A DNA stretch of 52,864 nt from Candidatus Moraniibacteriota bacterium (GTDB taxonomy: Bacteria > Patescibacteriota > Minisyncoccia > Moranbacterales > UBA11712). Below are positions 1-9,042 of the stretch, piece by piece. Each line of letters opens with the position of its first letter. Within the stretch, counting starts at the first letter, position 1. Position numbers and translations under genes: made by a program. The stretch spans positions 1 to 52,864 of the forward strand of contig JAZDKQ010000031.1 of NCBI GenBank assembly GCA_043802865.1. The letters run 5' to 3'. The notes under the pieces are model-generated. The model had not been told where the DNA came from and ran no database searches. It worked only from the letters and a program-made list of their open reading frames with translations.

Positions 1-1
1 C

Positions 2-445
2 TGTCCGCCTGTTCCGGTTGTGAAAATTCCGGAAGCGCCAAGAGTGCCTAAAATCATCACCCCTCCTTCGGCGATCGAAACGCCGCCGGTGAAAATAAAG
101 AAAAAGCGGCTGGCCAAGAAGGGGTTGCGGAACCGGTGTTCGACAGAAAAGCCGGAAGGGCCGATTAAGGTCCCGCAGCCTCCGCCTCCGGAAAGGAAGT
201 TAACTGTCCCAAATCTGGGCGGACCCCCGGTGGAGCAAGTAGCTCCGCCCGCGGTTCCGGCTGAAATTAAACCTCAACCCGAGGCAAAGCCGGCGGAAGC
301 GCCTGCAACGCCTCCTAAAACTCCGGCTAAAGTAGAGCAGGAAGTAGTTCCCGAAAAACCGGCAGAAAAGCCTGAGCAACCTGCCCAGGCCCCGGAAAAA
401 ACTTCCTGCGCCCCAACGGGCCAGGATAAACCCAAAGCGATGTGA
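2..445 (+). CDS. C-terminal part of a proline/lysine/glutamate-rich low-complexity protein (open at left window edge)
   Basis: The frame of ORF 20..445 has no stop back to nt 2 (CPPVPVV...), so the gene probably begins upstream of the window. Low-complexity repeats are present (PPVEQVAPPAVPAEIKPQPEAKPAEAPATPPKTPAK). TGA stop at 443-445. No family recognised. Confidence 0.4.
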   Translation, partial: CPPVPVVKIPEAPRVPKIITPPSAIETPPVKIKKKRLAKKGLRNRCSTEKPEGPIKVPQPPPPERKLTVPNLGGPPVEQVAPPAVPAEIKPQPEAKPAEAPATPPKTPAKVEQEVVPEKPAEKPEQPAQAPEKTSCAPTGQDKPKAM

Positions 446-534
446 ACCCGTTCCGCGCTGAAAGCGAAAGCCGGCGGTGCGGAACACAACTTTCCTGCAT
501 GCGTGGGGAATACATCAAGGAGAGGTGAAACGCT

Positions 535-900
535 ATGAAGACCAAATTATGGAAGCTTATCCCGGTAGTGATGTTATCCATCGCGTTTTTAGCTACTGCG
601 GCCCTGGCGGCCACTTATCTGTCCAACGGCGCCACGATTACGGCGACTGTCTCCGGAGATACCGCCACTATCACCGTTACTGGCATTTCCGGGGCCTCCC
701 TGGAACGGTATTACTGGGAGCGCATTGACCGTGCCCCCGGGATGACCATCGACCTCAAGCAGGGCCGGCGGTTCCAGGTGAAGAGCGGGGGCAGGTATCT
801 GTTCATTACCCCTGAAATGGTTTCGGGCGGTCCCTACAAGCTCGTTGGAGTTGGCATCGACTGCTCCAATGAAAAGGGCTGCTGTCTCATAGTTAAGTAA
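535..900 (+). CDS. small secreted protein (signal peptide, Thr/Gly-rich beta-type domain, C-terminal Cys cluster)
   Basis: Strong SD AAGGAGAGGTGA (517-528) lies 6 nt upstream of the ATG. N-terminal signal-like MKTKLWKLIPVVMLSIAFLATAALAA. No family recognised. Confidence 0.55.
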   Translation: MKTKLWKLIPVVMLSIAFLATAALAATYLSNGATITATVSGDTATITVTGISGASLERYYWERIDRAPGMTIDLKQGRRFQVKSGGRYLFITPEMVSGGPYKLVGVGIDCSNEKGCCLIVK

Positions 901-968
901 ATCTTGGCCGGATCTCGGCCACAAAGTCGCCCCATAAAGGAGGAAAAAGGGGCAAAGAAAAAACTGAG

Positions 969-1021
969 CCGCGTCGGAGCATGACCCAAACGGGTTGTGT
1001 CTCTGACGCGGTTCTTTATTT
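969..1021 (+). terminator. putative rho-independent terminator after the 121-aa ORF
   Basis: CCGCGTC (969-975) pairs with GACGCGG (1005-1011) around an inner ACCC/GGGT hairpin. It is followed by TTCTTTATTTT. The loop is large, so confidence is moderate. Confidence 0.4.
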
Positions 1022-1061
1022 TGGAAAAATTAAAACGGCAAGCTGAAACCATGCTTGCCGT
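1020..1061 (-). terminator. rho-independent terminator of the L,D-transpeptidase gene
   Basis: Perfect 9-bp stem ACGGCAAGC (1035-1043) / GCTTGCCGT (1053-1061) with a 9-nt loop. On the minus strand it is followed by TTTAATTTTTCC, immediately after the stop codon. Confidence 0.55.
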
Positions 1062-1528
1062 TAGTCTTGAGAGCGATCGCCATAAACGACAACCTTTGTT
1101 GTTTTTTCTTCCGCCCAGTCGAACAGCCATTTTGCGTCACCATCTCTCGCGTGTACGCATCCGTGAGTGGCTTTCTGGCGGGTAATGTCCTTTTTTGGCG
1201 GAACGATACCGGCGTGGATTGCCATTCTGGTGCGTTCGTTCCAGATAAAGAACAGTGAAAAAGGCATCCAGGTGCTATACTTATTTGACCAATATTTCGG
1301 ATCCTTGCGCTCTACGCGATAAATTCCTTGCGGAGTTTTGAATATCGCGTCCCCCGTGATGGCGGAAAAGCGGCGCAGTTCTTTTCCGTCCAAATAGGCA
1401 ATTGTCTCTTGGGTGTATTGATTAACAAAAATCACTTTCCCTCTCCAGAATTCTTCCGATGTCTCGGAGTGGAGAGCGGAAGCGGTGGAAAGAACAAGAA
1501 AAAAAACTATAAGATGAATTTTTTTCAT
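1061..1528 (-). CDS. L,D-transpeptidase (YkuD-type catalytic domain), secreted
   Basis: N-terminal signal peptide MKKIHLIVFFLVLSTASA. Catalytic-type motif HAG...ATHGCVHA resembles the YkuD H...(S/T)HGC(I/V)R signature. Confidence 0.72.
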   Translation of the reverse strand: MKKIHLIVFFLVLSTASALHSETSEEFWRGKVIFVNQYTQETIAYLDGKELRRFSAITGDAIFKTPQGIYRVERKDPKYWSNKYSTWMPFSLFFIWNERTRMAIHAGIVPPKKDITRQKATHGCVHARDGDAKWLFDWAEEKTTKVVVYGDRSQD

Positions 1529-1707
1529 CTCCCACCCTCCTTTTTGACCTCGATGTCCCAGTATAGCTGTATATACAGGAAAAGCAAGTCTTCAAAAGGG
1601 GATCGAAATAAACCCTCAAATATACGTTTTTGAGCAACTTTATCGCTGTGTCCAGGAAAATATCAACCAAATAGGAAAGTAATGCTTTATATAAGCCATA
1701 AGAACAC

Positions 1708-1736
1708 TTGACAAAGTTATTGCAAAATGATATTAT
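1708..1736 (+). promoter_or_regulatory. sigma70-type promoter for the glycan locus
   Basis: TTGACA (1708-1713), 17-nt spacer, TATTAT (1731-1736), about 22 nt upstream of the ATG at 1759. Confidence 0.55.
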
Positions 1737-1758
1737 ATGCAGTTAAAGTATTCATTTT

Positions 1759-3225
1759 ATGAAAGCCATATTTAACGATAAATCAAGCAAAAAAGAGATC
1801 TCAGTTGAAACATCCACCGTCATTTTCATAATCGCGGCGGTTTCGCTTTTTGTTCTGTCGAATTTCATCGTTGGATACAGCTTACTAATTTTTCTTTTCG
1901 TGGTCGCGTTTGGATTCGCCCTTTCAATTGTTTTTCCAAGAAGCGGATTTTATGCCATTGTTTTTCTGACCGTTGTCTTTGAAAGATTTTTCACCTTGGT
2001 TCCAATATATTGGAATCGGGCGGAATGCAAGATATATCCTCTCGATATTCTTTTTGTCGGTGTGATATTGGGGATGATTTATCAATTGATAAAAAACGGC
2101 CTGCCGAGAAAACTGAAAACCGCTGATTATCTGGTCGCCATATTCATTCTCGCGAGTGGGGCGTATTTTCTTGTAAGCGCTTTTTTTCTTCACACCGACG
2201 GAGCTATAGCCTTTAGCACATTCAAAAATTATTCTTTTTACGGTCTTTTCTATTTTGCCGTCGTATTTTTATTTGATAGCAAAGAAAAACTTCTCAAGCT
2301 TATCAAATTTTTTCTTGCTGGAGCGGCAGTCGCAGCTATATTCGTTTTCATCGGAATTATCCGCGGCGAGGGCTTGTGGACACAGTTCACTCCGCTTTCC
2401 ACACCGGGAACAAGAATTCTTGCTTTTCCGCACGCTTTCTTTTTTACTATGGCCATTCTGGTTTCGCTTGCTTGGATCGCTTATCGAAAAGACAGCTACT
2501 CGACTTTTTTCAAAATAATGATTCCTATATGGGCTATCGGTGTTGCCGGTTCCCTTATGCGCCATCTTTGGATAAGCCTGTTCGTTTCTGTCTTATTTCT
2601 CTTCTTTCTTCTTCCGAAAGAAAGCAAGAAAGTCCTGAAAAATATCTTTTTTCATGGCGCTCTTGTTGCGGCCATACTGCTTGTCTTGACCGCCTATATA
2701 TCGTTTCTTTTTCCGCAGGCGAGCATTTCCAAAGTTTTCAATGGCGTGCTTGGAGTGGCCGGACAGAGATTTGTGTCCATGGCCAAAGTCAATTCAGACG
2801 AAAGCTTGAACTGGCGGAAAAGTGTTTGGCAGGCGACATGGAAAGATTTCCAGCATTCGCTCGCATTTGGCCTCGGATATGGAAAGAAAATTTCCGTTGA
2901 GATCGGGTTGAAATACAAAGATTTCGTCGAAGTGCGAAATATCCACAATTCCCTCCTCACGATTTTCATCCAGATGGGACTTTGGAGCGTGGCTCTTGTG
3001 GCTGCGATGTTTTGGCTTCTTTTCAAGTCTGCGTATTCTACGCTGAGAAAATCAGGAAAAGAGTCGGGCGACGCCGCATTTTTGCAACTAGTGTTTCTTG
3101 CGCTGTTCGTGAACTATCTGGCCGCGTTTCTGTTTCAGACCTATCTGGAGACCAATCTTCTGGGGATATTTTTCTGGATAATTCTGGGCGGATTGTCGGT
3201 GTTAAATGTGAATTCCGAAATATAA
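1759..3225 (+). CDS. O-antigen ligase/polymerase-like polytopic membrane protein (Wzy_C/O-antigen ligase family)
   Basis: More than 10 predicted TM segments plus a large loop with WRKSVWQATW...GLGYG...NIHNSLLTIFIQMGL, typical of the O-antigen ligase family. Located in a glycan-locus context. Confidence 0.7.
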   Translation: MKAIFNDKSSKKEISVETSTVIFIIAAVSLFVLSNFIVGYSLLIFLFVVAFGFALSIVFPRSGFYAIVFLTVVFERFFTLVPIYWNRAECKIYPLDILFVGVILGMIYQLIKNGLPRKLKTADYLVAIFILASGAYFLVSAFFLHTDGAIAFSTFKNYSFYGLFYFAVVFLFDSKEKLLKLIKFFLAGAAVAAIFVFIGIIRGEGLWTQFTPLSTPGTRILAFPHAFFFTMAILVSLAWIAYRKDSYSTFFKIMIPIWAIGVAGSLMRHLWISLFVSVLFLFFLLPKESKKVLKNIFFHGALVAAILLVLTAYISFLFPQASISKVFNGVLGVAGQRFVSMAKVNSDESLNWRKSVWQATWKDFQHSLAFGLGYGKKISVEIGLKYKDFVEVRNIHNSLLTIFIQMGLWSVALVAAMFWLLFKSAYSTLRKSGKESGDAAFLQLVFLALFVNYLAAFLFQTYLETNLLGIFFWIILGGLSVLNVNSEI

Positions 3226-3239
3226 TCTTAGAAAAAATT

Positions 3240-4412
3240 ATGCGTATTCTCGAAATCAACAAATTCAATCATGTCCGAGGAGGTGCTGATAAGCACTTTC
3301 TGGATCTTGCCGGGTTGCTTCAAAAAAATGGAAATGAAGTGGTTGTTTTCGCCATGGATCATCCGGAAAATTTGCATTCGGATTTCTCGAAATATTTTGT
3401 CAGCCGGGTGGACTATGAAAACGGAAGTACTCTGAATAAATTTAAGGGCGCGCTGAGAATTTTTTGGTCATTTGAAGCCCGTCACAAAATTGGAAAAATG
3501 CTTGATGAATTTCAGCCGGAAATTGTTCATATCCACAATATCTATCATCAAATATCCCCCTCAATTCTTTCGGAAATAAAAAAGCGGAAAATACCGATCG
3601 CTATGACCGTCCATGACTGGAAATTGATTTGCCCGAATTATTTGCTGAACTGCAAAGAACCTTATTGCGAAAAATGCGTCGCCGGAAAATACTGGCATTG
3701 CGTTTTGAAAAAATGCGTGAAAAATTCTTATGTCAAAAGCTTGATCGCTGTTTTGGGTATTTATTTCCATCGCTGGCTCAAGATCTATGAAAAAAATATC
3801 GATTTGTATATCGCACCAAGCCGGTTCGTGAAGAATATCCTTGTTCAAGCGGGCTTTCCGAAAAAGAAGATCAAAGTTTTGGCTCATTTCATAGAAGCCG
3901 AAAACGTGGACAATGCGCAAATCTCAAGTGGAGATGGATACGCCTTATGCTTCGGCCGCATTTCCAAAGAAAAGAACGTCCATGAGCTTGTTGATATTTT
4001 CAAAAATTTGCCGATGAAACTGGTTTTGGCGGGAAATAAAGAAGATAGTTTTGAAATTCCGTGTCATGCGAACATCCAATATATTGGTTTCAAAAATAAT
4101 GTCGAGCTGACAAAGCTCATTAGAAACTCCAGTTTTGTCGTTTCGGCTTCGCGTCTTGCAGAAACATTTGGCCTGGTTGCCCTTGAGGCGATCAGTGCCG
4201 AAAAACCTTTTGTTGGCTATGAAGTCGGAGGATATGGCGAAATAATCGAAAATGGCGCGAATGGGTATCTGGCGAAAAATGAAAAAGAATTCAAAGGCAA
4301 GATATTGGAGTATGTGTCGGGAAAAACGCCCAATTTCAAGTTTCAGGCCGAGAAATTCAGCCCAAAAAGATACTACGGGGAAATAGTTGACATTTTTCAG
4401 TCTGTTTGCTAG
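3240..4412 (+). CDS. glycosyltransferase family 4 (GT-B fold)
   Basis: Within track ORF 2982..4412, the ATG at 3240 (MRILEINKFNHVRGGADKHF...) is the plausible start, since upstream codons overlap the preceding gene. C-terminal motif ETFGLVALEAISAEKPFVGYEVGGYGEII matches the EX7E GT4 signature. Confidence 0.8.
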   Translation: MRILEINKFNHVRGGADKHFLDLAGLLQKNGNEVVVFAMDHPENLHSDFSKYFVSRVDYENGSTLNKFKGALRIFWSFEARHKIGKMLDEFQPEIVHIHNIYHQISPSILSEIKKRKIPIAMTVHDWKLICPNYLLNCKEPYCEKCVAGKYWHCVLKKCVKNSYVKSLIAVLGIYFHRWLKIYEKNIDLYIAPSRFVKNILVQAGFPKKKIKVLAHFIEAENVDNAQISSGDGYALCFGRISKEKNVHELVDIFKNLPMKLVLAGNKEDSFEIPCHANIQYIGFKNNVELTKLIRNSSFVVSASRLAETFGLVALEAISAEKPFVGYEVGGYGEIIENGANGYLAKNEKEFKGKILEYVSGKTPNFKFQAEKFSPKRYYGEIVDIFQSVC

Positions 4413-4447
4413 TCTATAAAATCAATTTTAACCAATAAATCAACCGT

Positions 4448-5047
4448 ATGAAAATCGCAAAAAAAGCCATCTCACTTATTATCGTCAGCGGCATATTGGC
4501 AGCTTCGACTGCGTTTGCCGGAAGTAATCCCCAGCTGTACAGACTTTCAAAGTACAGAGGATTTGTGGGCGAAAAGGTCAAGATCACCGGAATAAATTTC
4601 GGGGGAGAGCAGGGAAAGGTCATGTTTGATGACTGGACAAAAGCTGAAATTGTCAGCTGGAGCAAGAAGAAAATCATCATCCGTGTTCCGGATGTCGCCG
4701 TGACGAAAGCCCATAAGGTCCGCGTCTGCAAGCGATACGACGACTGTGCTAGATCTCAAAAGTTTTTCGTGAAAAGATCGGGGCCAGAGCTTTGGAAGAT
4801 CAAAAATTTGAGCGGTTCCAAGAATTATCAAGGAAAACCGGGAGACACTCTGAAATTGACCGGACAAAATTTCGGCTCAAAAAACATTTCAGTTCTTTTT
4901 GGTGATACTCCGGGAAGAATCACGTCTCGGACAAAAAAATGGATAAAAGTTGTTGTTCCCGAGCTGGAACGCGACAAAACATACGCAGTCAAAGTGACTA
5001 ATGGTTATCCTGATTCCAATACGCAAGATTTCTATATAACTCCATAA
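4448..5047 (+). CDS. secreted protein with two IPT/TIG-like domains
   Basis: Signal peptide MKIAKKAISLIIVSGILAASTAFA. Two repeats of the pattern G..V.ITG.NFG...G.V.F.....A.I.SW....I.V.VP (KITGINFGGEQGKVMF; LKLTGQNFGSKNISVLFGD). Confidence 0.6.
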   Translation: MKIAKKAISLIIVSGILAASTAFAGSNPQLYRLSKYRGFVGEKVKITGINFGGEQGKVMFDDWTKAEIVSWSKKKIIIRVPDVAVTKAHKVRVCKRYDDCARSQKFFVKRSGPELWKIKNLSGSKNYQGKPGDTLKLTGQNFGSKNISVLFGDTPGRITSRTKKWIKVVVPELERDKTYAVKVTNGYPDSNTQDFYITP

Positions 5048-5066
5048 TTAAAGAATTTCATACTTT

Positions 5067-6257
5067 ATGCGTATCGCATATATCGGACAAAAGGGGATTC
5101 CTGCCAAGATTGGCGGCGTGGAAAGATATGTCGACGAGGTGGCGGTTCGGATGGCAAAAAAGGGCCATGACGTTTTTGTCTATGCGAGAAATCATTATAC
5201 TCCGAAAAACTTGAAAAACTATAAAGGAGTAAAGTTGATCCATCTGCCGACGATCAAAACCAAGCATCTTGATGCCATCACGCATACATTCTTCTCGACG
5301 ATCCACGCGTTGTTTCAAAATTACGATGTTATCCATTATCATTCCTTGGGGCCGTCAACGCTTTCTTTTATTCCAAAAATTTTCGCTCGCAAAACGGCCG
5401 TCATATCCACCTATCAGTCCCAGGACTATGAACATTACAAGTGGGGATTTTTTGCGCGAGTCTATTTGCGAATGGGTGAAATGATCACCCTCAAGGTTCC
5501 CGACAGGACAATTTCCGTTACGGATTATTTGAGAAATTATGGCCTCAAAAAATATGGAAAAGATTCGATCGTAATTCCCAATGGCGTGACATTGTTTGAA
5601 AAAGCGGCATCGTTGGAAATTTTCAATAAGTGGTCTCTCAAGAAAAAAGAGTATGTCTTGGCTGTCAGCCGCCTGGTCGCCCACAAAGAAATCCACACGC
5701 TTGTTCAGGCTTTTATCAATCTCAAAGGGCTCGGAAAAGTTGACAAAAAATTCAAGTTGGTAATTGCCGGGGGCGGCAGTTATACGGACAGTTATGTGCG
5801 GGAGCTGAAAGCTATGATTCAAGGCCGAAAGGACATTATCCTTGCTGGAGTGCAAAAGGGAGAAAAATTGGCGTCTCTTTATAAAAACGCGGCTTTTTAT
5901 GTCCAGCCCTCAAGAGCGGAAGGCTTGTCATTGGCGCTCCTCGAATCAATGGGTATGGGCCTGGCTCCGCTTGTCAGCGATATTCCGGAAAATCTTTCGG
6001 CTATCTATGGAAACGGATATGTTTTCCGGATGGGCGACATTTTTGATCTCATAAGCAAGCTTGAATATTTGATAAACCATCCGGCGAAAGTGAAGGCAAT
6101 GGGAGAAAAGGCCCGCCAGATGGCGAAAGAAACATATAATTGGGATAGAATAGTCGATGATATTGAGAGCGTGTACAATGAAACCGTTCTGGAAAAGTTG
6201 AAAAAAACGGATTCAAAGGAAGAAAAACAAATTTTTGTTCATCGTCGGAGAATCTGA
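5067..6257 (+). CDS. glycosyltransferase family 4, DUF1972-like N-terminus (candidate rhamnosyltransferase)
   Basis: MRIAYIGQKGIPAKIGGVERYVDEVAVRMAKKGHDVFVY resembles the DUF1972 N-domain of WchF/RgpA-like enzymes. C-terminal AEGLSLALLESMGMGLAPLVSDIPEN matches EX7E. The specific sugar is an inference from the adjacent rml genes. Confidence 0.78.
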   Translation: MRIAYIGQKGIPAKIGGVERYVDEVAVRMAKKGHDVFVYARNHYTPKNLKNYKGVKLIHLPTIKTKHLDAITHTFFSTIHALFQNYDVIHYHSLGPSTLSFIPKIFARKTAVISTYQSQDYEHYKWGFFARVYLRMGEMITLKVPDRTISVTDYLRNYGLKKYGKDSIVIPNGVTLFEKAASLEIFNKWSLKKKEYVLAVSRLVAHKEIHTLVQAFINLKGLGKVDKKFKLVIAGGGSYTDSYVRELKAMIQGRKDIILAGVQKGEKLASLYKNAAFYVQPSRAEGLSLALLESMGMGLAPLVSDIPENLSAIYGNGYVFRMGDIFDLISKLEYLINHPAKVKAMGEKARQMAKETYNWDRIVDDIESVYNETVLEKLKKTDSKEEKQIFVHRRRI

Positions 6258-6284
6258 CTCTAAAAATTTTATATAAATCGAAAA

Positions 6285-7058
6285 ATGTCTTATCAACAAA
6301 GTCAAGTCAAAGGTTTCCTCACTCATGCGATTTTCACGGGAGCAATCGTGATGCTGGTTGTTTTCATAGTCTCTTTATTTCTTCCTAAAGAGTGGTTGGT
6401 GAGCGGAAAGATTGTTGTTTTTCCTTCGGGCCAGCCGGTGAGCGCTTCGCAAAATCTTTTGGCGGAAACAGGAAACACGGCTGAAATCATCAAAAGTGAA
6501 TCTTTTCAAAAAGCAAATTTCGGCGATCAGGCCGTGAATTTCGCTGGTGCGAAAGCCGTGAAAAATTCTTCAATGGTTTGGGTGAAGTTTCGCAGCAATG
6601 AAACTGACATTCAAATGTATGAAGATTTGATCGTGAAAATTCCGGGCCAAGTCAATGATTATGCCCGCGACCTATACAGCGGTTCGCCTTTTAAATACAA
6701 AATGGCGGGCGATCCGGAAATTTCTGCCAGTCCCGTTCGTCCGAATCTTCTCTTGAATGCCATAATTGGTTTTCTGGGCGGCATTTTGCTTTATGCGATC
6801 TATTGGCTTGGATTTGAATCCATATGGCCGAAGAGCGAAGAAATTGATACGAAAATGGAAGAGGCTGCCGCAATAGTTTCTCCGGAGATCAAACCAGCCG
6901 AAAAATCCGAGAAAAAAATAATTTCTCCAAAAAGCAATTCCGCTGCGCCAGAAAATCTTCCTTTCGTGGATGAATTGATTTCTTCTTCAAATGCTGAAGA
7001 ACCTTCAGACGATGAAGTGAAAGAACGATTGAATCGGCTGATGAGAGGGGAACTATAG
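6285..7058 (+). CDS. Wzz-like polysaccharide chain-length determinant candidate (two TM helices flanking an extracytoplasmic domain)
   Basis: TM1 is AIFTGAIVMLVVFIVSLFL and TM2 is LLLNAIIGFLGGILLYAIYWL, with about 140 aa between them. This PCP-like topology sits in a glycan locus. Sequence similarity was not verified. Confidence 0.4.
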   Translation: MSYQQSQVKGFLTHAIFTGAIVMLVVFIVSLFLPKEWLVSGKIVVFPSGQPVSASQNLLAETGNTAEIIKSESFQKANFGDQAVNFAGAKAVKNSSMVWVKFRSNETDIQMYEDLIVKIPGQVNDYARDLYSGSPFKYKMAGDPEISASPVRPNLLLNAIIGFLGGILLYAIYWLGFESIWPKSEEIDTKMEEAAAIVSPEIKPAEKSEKKIISPKSNSAAPENLPFVDELISSSNAEEPSDDEVKERLNRLMRGEL

Positions 7059-7085
7059 GAATCAAGGTATTTCAATAAAAGGAGG

Positions 7086-7364
7086 ATGTTCTTAAAAATG
7101 GGTGAAAATATTTTCAGTGACAGCAAAGGCCAAATTAATGTTCAAGAAGTCACCGGCTATTTGGACACTGTATTTGCCGGCCTCGGAGATGTGCTGTCCG
7201 CGCTCGTAGCTCATCGCACGAAACTACTCACTGACGAGGAGATTGGAAGGGATGTGAAGGAATTCGATCTGGAGCGCAGCGCGAAAGCTGCCAATCTGAC
7301 CAGCGGAGCGGAAATACAGCTTCATGAATTGAAGAGAATAATTCTGCCCTTTACAAAGTACTAG
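7086..7364 (+). CDS. hypothetical protein (92 aa; start may be ATG 7098)
   Basis: AAGGAGG at 7079-7085 abuts ATG 7086, and a second ATG at 7098 has better spacing. Followed by a strong terminator. No family recognised. Confidence 0.4.
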   Translation: MFLKMGENIFSDSKGQINVQEVTGYLDTVFAGLGDVLSALVAHRTKLLTDEEIGRDVKEFDLERSAKAANLTSGAEIQLHELKRIILPFTKY

Positions 7365-7373
7365 GTATTTTCC

Positions 7374-7437
7374 GTCGAGGTCTCACCTCGACAACCTAAA
7401 GGGCGTTCAAATCCGAGCGCCCTTTTTGATTTTTTTG
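7374..7437 (+). terminator. double-hairpin rho-independent terminator
   Basis: GTCGAGGT (7374-7381) pairs with ACCTCGAC (7385-7392). Then AAGGGCG (7399-7405) pairs with CGCCCTT (7418-7424), followed by TTTGATTTTTTT. Confidence 0.6.
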
Positions 7438-7462
7438 GGAAAATAAGATAACATAAAAACGT

Positions 7463-8014
7463 ATGGAATTTATCGAAACTTCCCTCAAAGGCGCGTATCG
7501 CATCAAACCCAAAGTCTTTCAGGATGAAAGGGGGTTTTTTCTTGAGACATATAGTGAAAAAGTTTTCAAAGAAAATGGGATAGACGCCAAATTTGTTCAA
7601 GACAATCATTCCCTGTCCGTGAAAAAGGGAGTCTTGCGAGGGCTTCATTTTCAAGAGCCGCCAAATGAACAGGCAAAGCTGGTGAGGGTGATGCGCGGGA
7701 AAGTGCTTGACGTCATCGTTGATATCAGAAAAAATTCACCGACATATGGAAAATGGGAGGGCATTGAACTCTCTGGAGATAACTTTAAAATGTTATATGT
7801 GCCAAAAGGATTTGCTCATGCCTTTCTCACACTTGAAGACAACACTGAATTTATGTATAAAGTAGATAACTTCTATGCACCCGAATCTGATTCCGGGATA
7901 ATTTGGAACGATCTGGATTTGAATATAGATTGGCCGATCAATGATCCAACTCTTTCGGAAAAAGATGCCAAATTGCAAAAATTTAAAGATTTTAACTCAC
8001 CATTCAAATTATGA
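7463..8014 (+). CDS. rfbC: dTDP-4-dehydrorhamnose 3,5-epimerase
   Basis: Full-length match to the RmlC pattern: F.DERG.F.E......F, QDN.S.S.KGVLRGLH.Q, QAKLVRV..G.V.DV.VD.R..SPT.GKW, VP.GFAHGF. Confidence 0.92.
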   Translation: MEFIETSLKGAYRIKPKVFQDERGFFLETYSEKVFKENGIDAKFVQDNHSLSVKKGVLRGLHFQEPPNEQAKLVRVMRGKVLDVIVDIRKNSPTYGKWEGIELSGDNFKMLYVPKGFAHAFLTLEDNTEFMYKVDNFYAPESDSGIIWNDLDLNIDWPINDPTLSEKDAKLQKFKDFNSPFKL

Positions 8015-9018
8015 AACTACTCGTCACAGGCGGAGCCGGATTTATCGGTTCTAATTTTATCAGATATATTTTCAAGGAATATCCAGATTACAAAATCGTC
8101 AATCTCGATCTTTTGACATATGCGGGGAATTTGGAAAATTTGAAAGATATTGAGAATAACAAAAACTACAAATTCGTCAAAGGCGATATTGCTGACAAGG
8201 AATTGGTAAATAACCTTGTAAAAGATTGCGACGTGATTGTCAATTTTGCCGCCGAATCGCATGTCGACCGGTCAATTATTGATAGCTCTGATTTCATCAA
8301 GACAAATATCGTCGGGACGCACAATCTTCTCGAAGCGGCGAAAATGAACGGCCTCAAGCGGTTTCATCATATCTCCACGGACGAGGTCTTTGGGCATCTT
8401 GAGCCGAATGATCCTGCCTTTGATGAAAACACGCCCTACGCTCCCAGAAGCCCCTATAGCGCGTCCAAAGCCGCTTCTGACCACTTGGTCCGGGCATATT
8501 TCCACACCTTTGGACTTCCAATCACGATTTCCAACTGCTCGAACAATTATGGTCCTTTTCATTTTCCGGAAAAGTTGATTCCGCTCGCGATTACGAATAT
8601 AATCGAGAACAAGAAAATTCCGGTCTACGGGGATGGGTTGCAAGTCAGGGACTGGCTTTTTGTCGATGATCATTGCGAAGCGATTGATCTGATCATCCAG
8701 AAAGGCAAGATCGGCGAAACATATTGCATTGGTGGAAACGCCGAAAAAACGAACATGGAAATTGTGAAAAAAATTCTGGAGCTTCTCAAGCAAGGCGAAG
8801 AGGTGATAGAATATGTGAAGGATCGTCCTGGCCACGACCGGCGCTATGCTATCGATTTTTCGAAAATAAAGTCGGAACTTGGCTGGCATCCGCGGACAAG
8901 CTTCGAAGATGGAATGAAACAAACGGTTGAATGGTATAAAGCGAACGAGGATTGGTGGCGCGACGTGAAAAGCGGAGAATATCAAAAATATTACGAAAAG
9001 CAGTATGGCAAATCCTAA
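8011..9018 (+). CDS. rfbB: dTDP-glucose 4,6-dehydratase
   Basis: MKLLVTGGAGFIGSNF Rossmann motif; NFAAESHVDRSI; YSASKAASDHLV (YxxxK); RPGHDRRYAID. ATGA overlap with rfbC. Confidence 0.95.
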   Translation: MKLLVTGGAGFIGSNFIRYIFKEYPDYKIVNLDLLTYAGNLENLKDIENNKNYKFVKGDIADKELVNNLVKDCDVIVNFAAESHVDRSIIDSSDFIKTNIVGTHNLLEAAKMNGLKRFHHISTDEVFGHLEPNDPAFDENTPYAPRSPYSASKAASDHLVRAYFHTFGLPITISNCSNNYGPFHFPEKLIPLAITNIIENKKIPVYGDGLQVRDWLFVDDHCEAIDLIIQKGKIGETYCIGGNAEKTNMEIVKKILELLKQGEEVIEYVKDRPGHDRRYAIDFSKIKSELGWHPRTSFEDGMKQTVEWYKANEDWWRDVKSGEYQKYYEKQYGKS

Positions 9019-9042
9019 CATTCGATGTTGAAGTAAAAAAGC

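Noticed and set aside
2982-3239. Upstream extension of the GT4 ORF (track start 2982), overlapping the 3' end of the ligase-like gene.
   Set aside because: The extension translates to Cys/Arg-rich nonsense and overlaps a well-supported membrane protein. The conserved GT4 N-terminus begins at the ATG at 3240 (MRILEINKF...).
7399-7424. GGGCGTTCAAATCCGAGCGCCC resembles a tRNA T-arm (GTTCAAATCC). The preceding hairpin (7374-7392) could mimic an anticodon arm with a CTC anticodon.
   Set aside because: No acceptor or D arm can be drawn, and the would-be T-stem does not pair around a 7-nt loop. The structure is better explained as a double-hairpin terminator with a U-tract.
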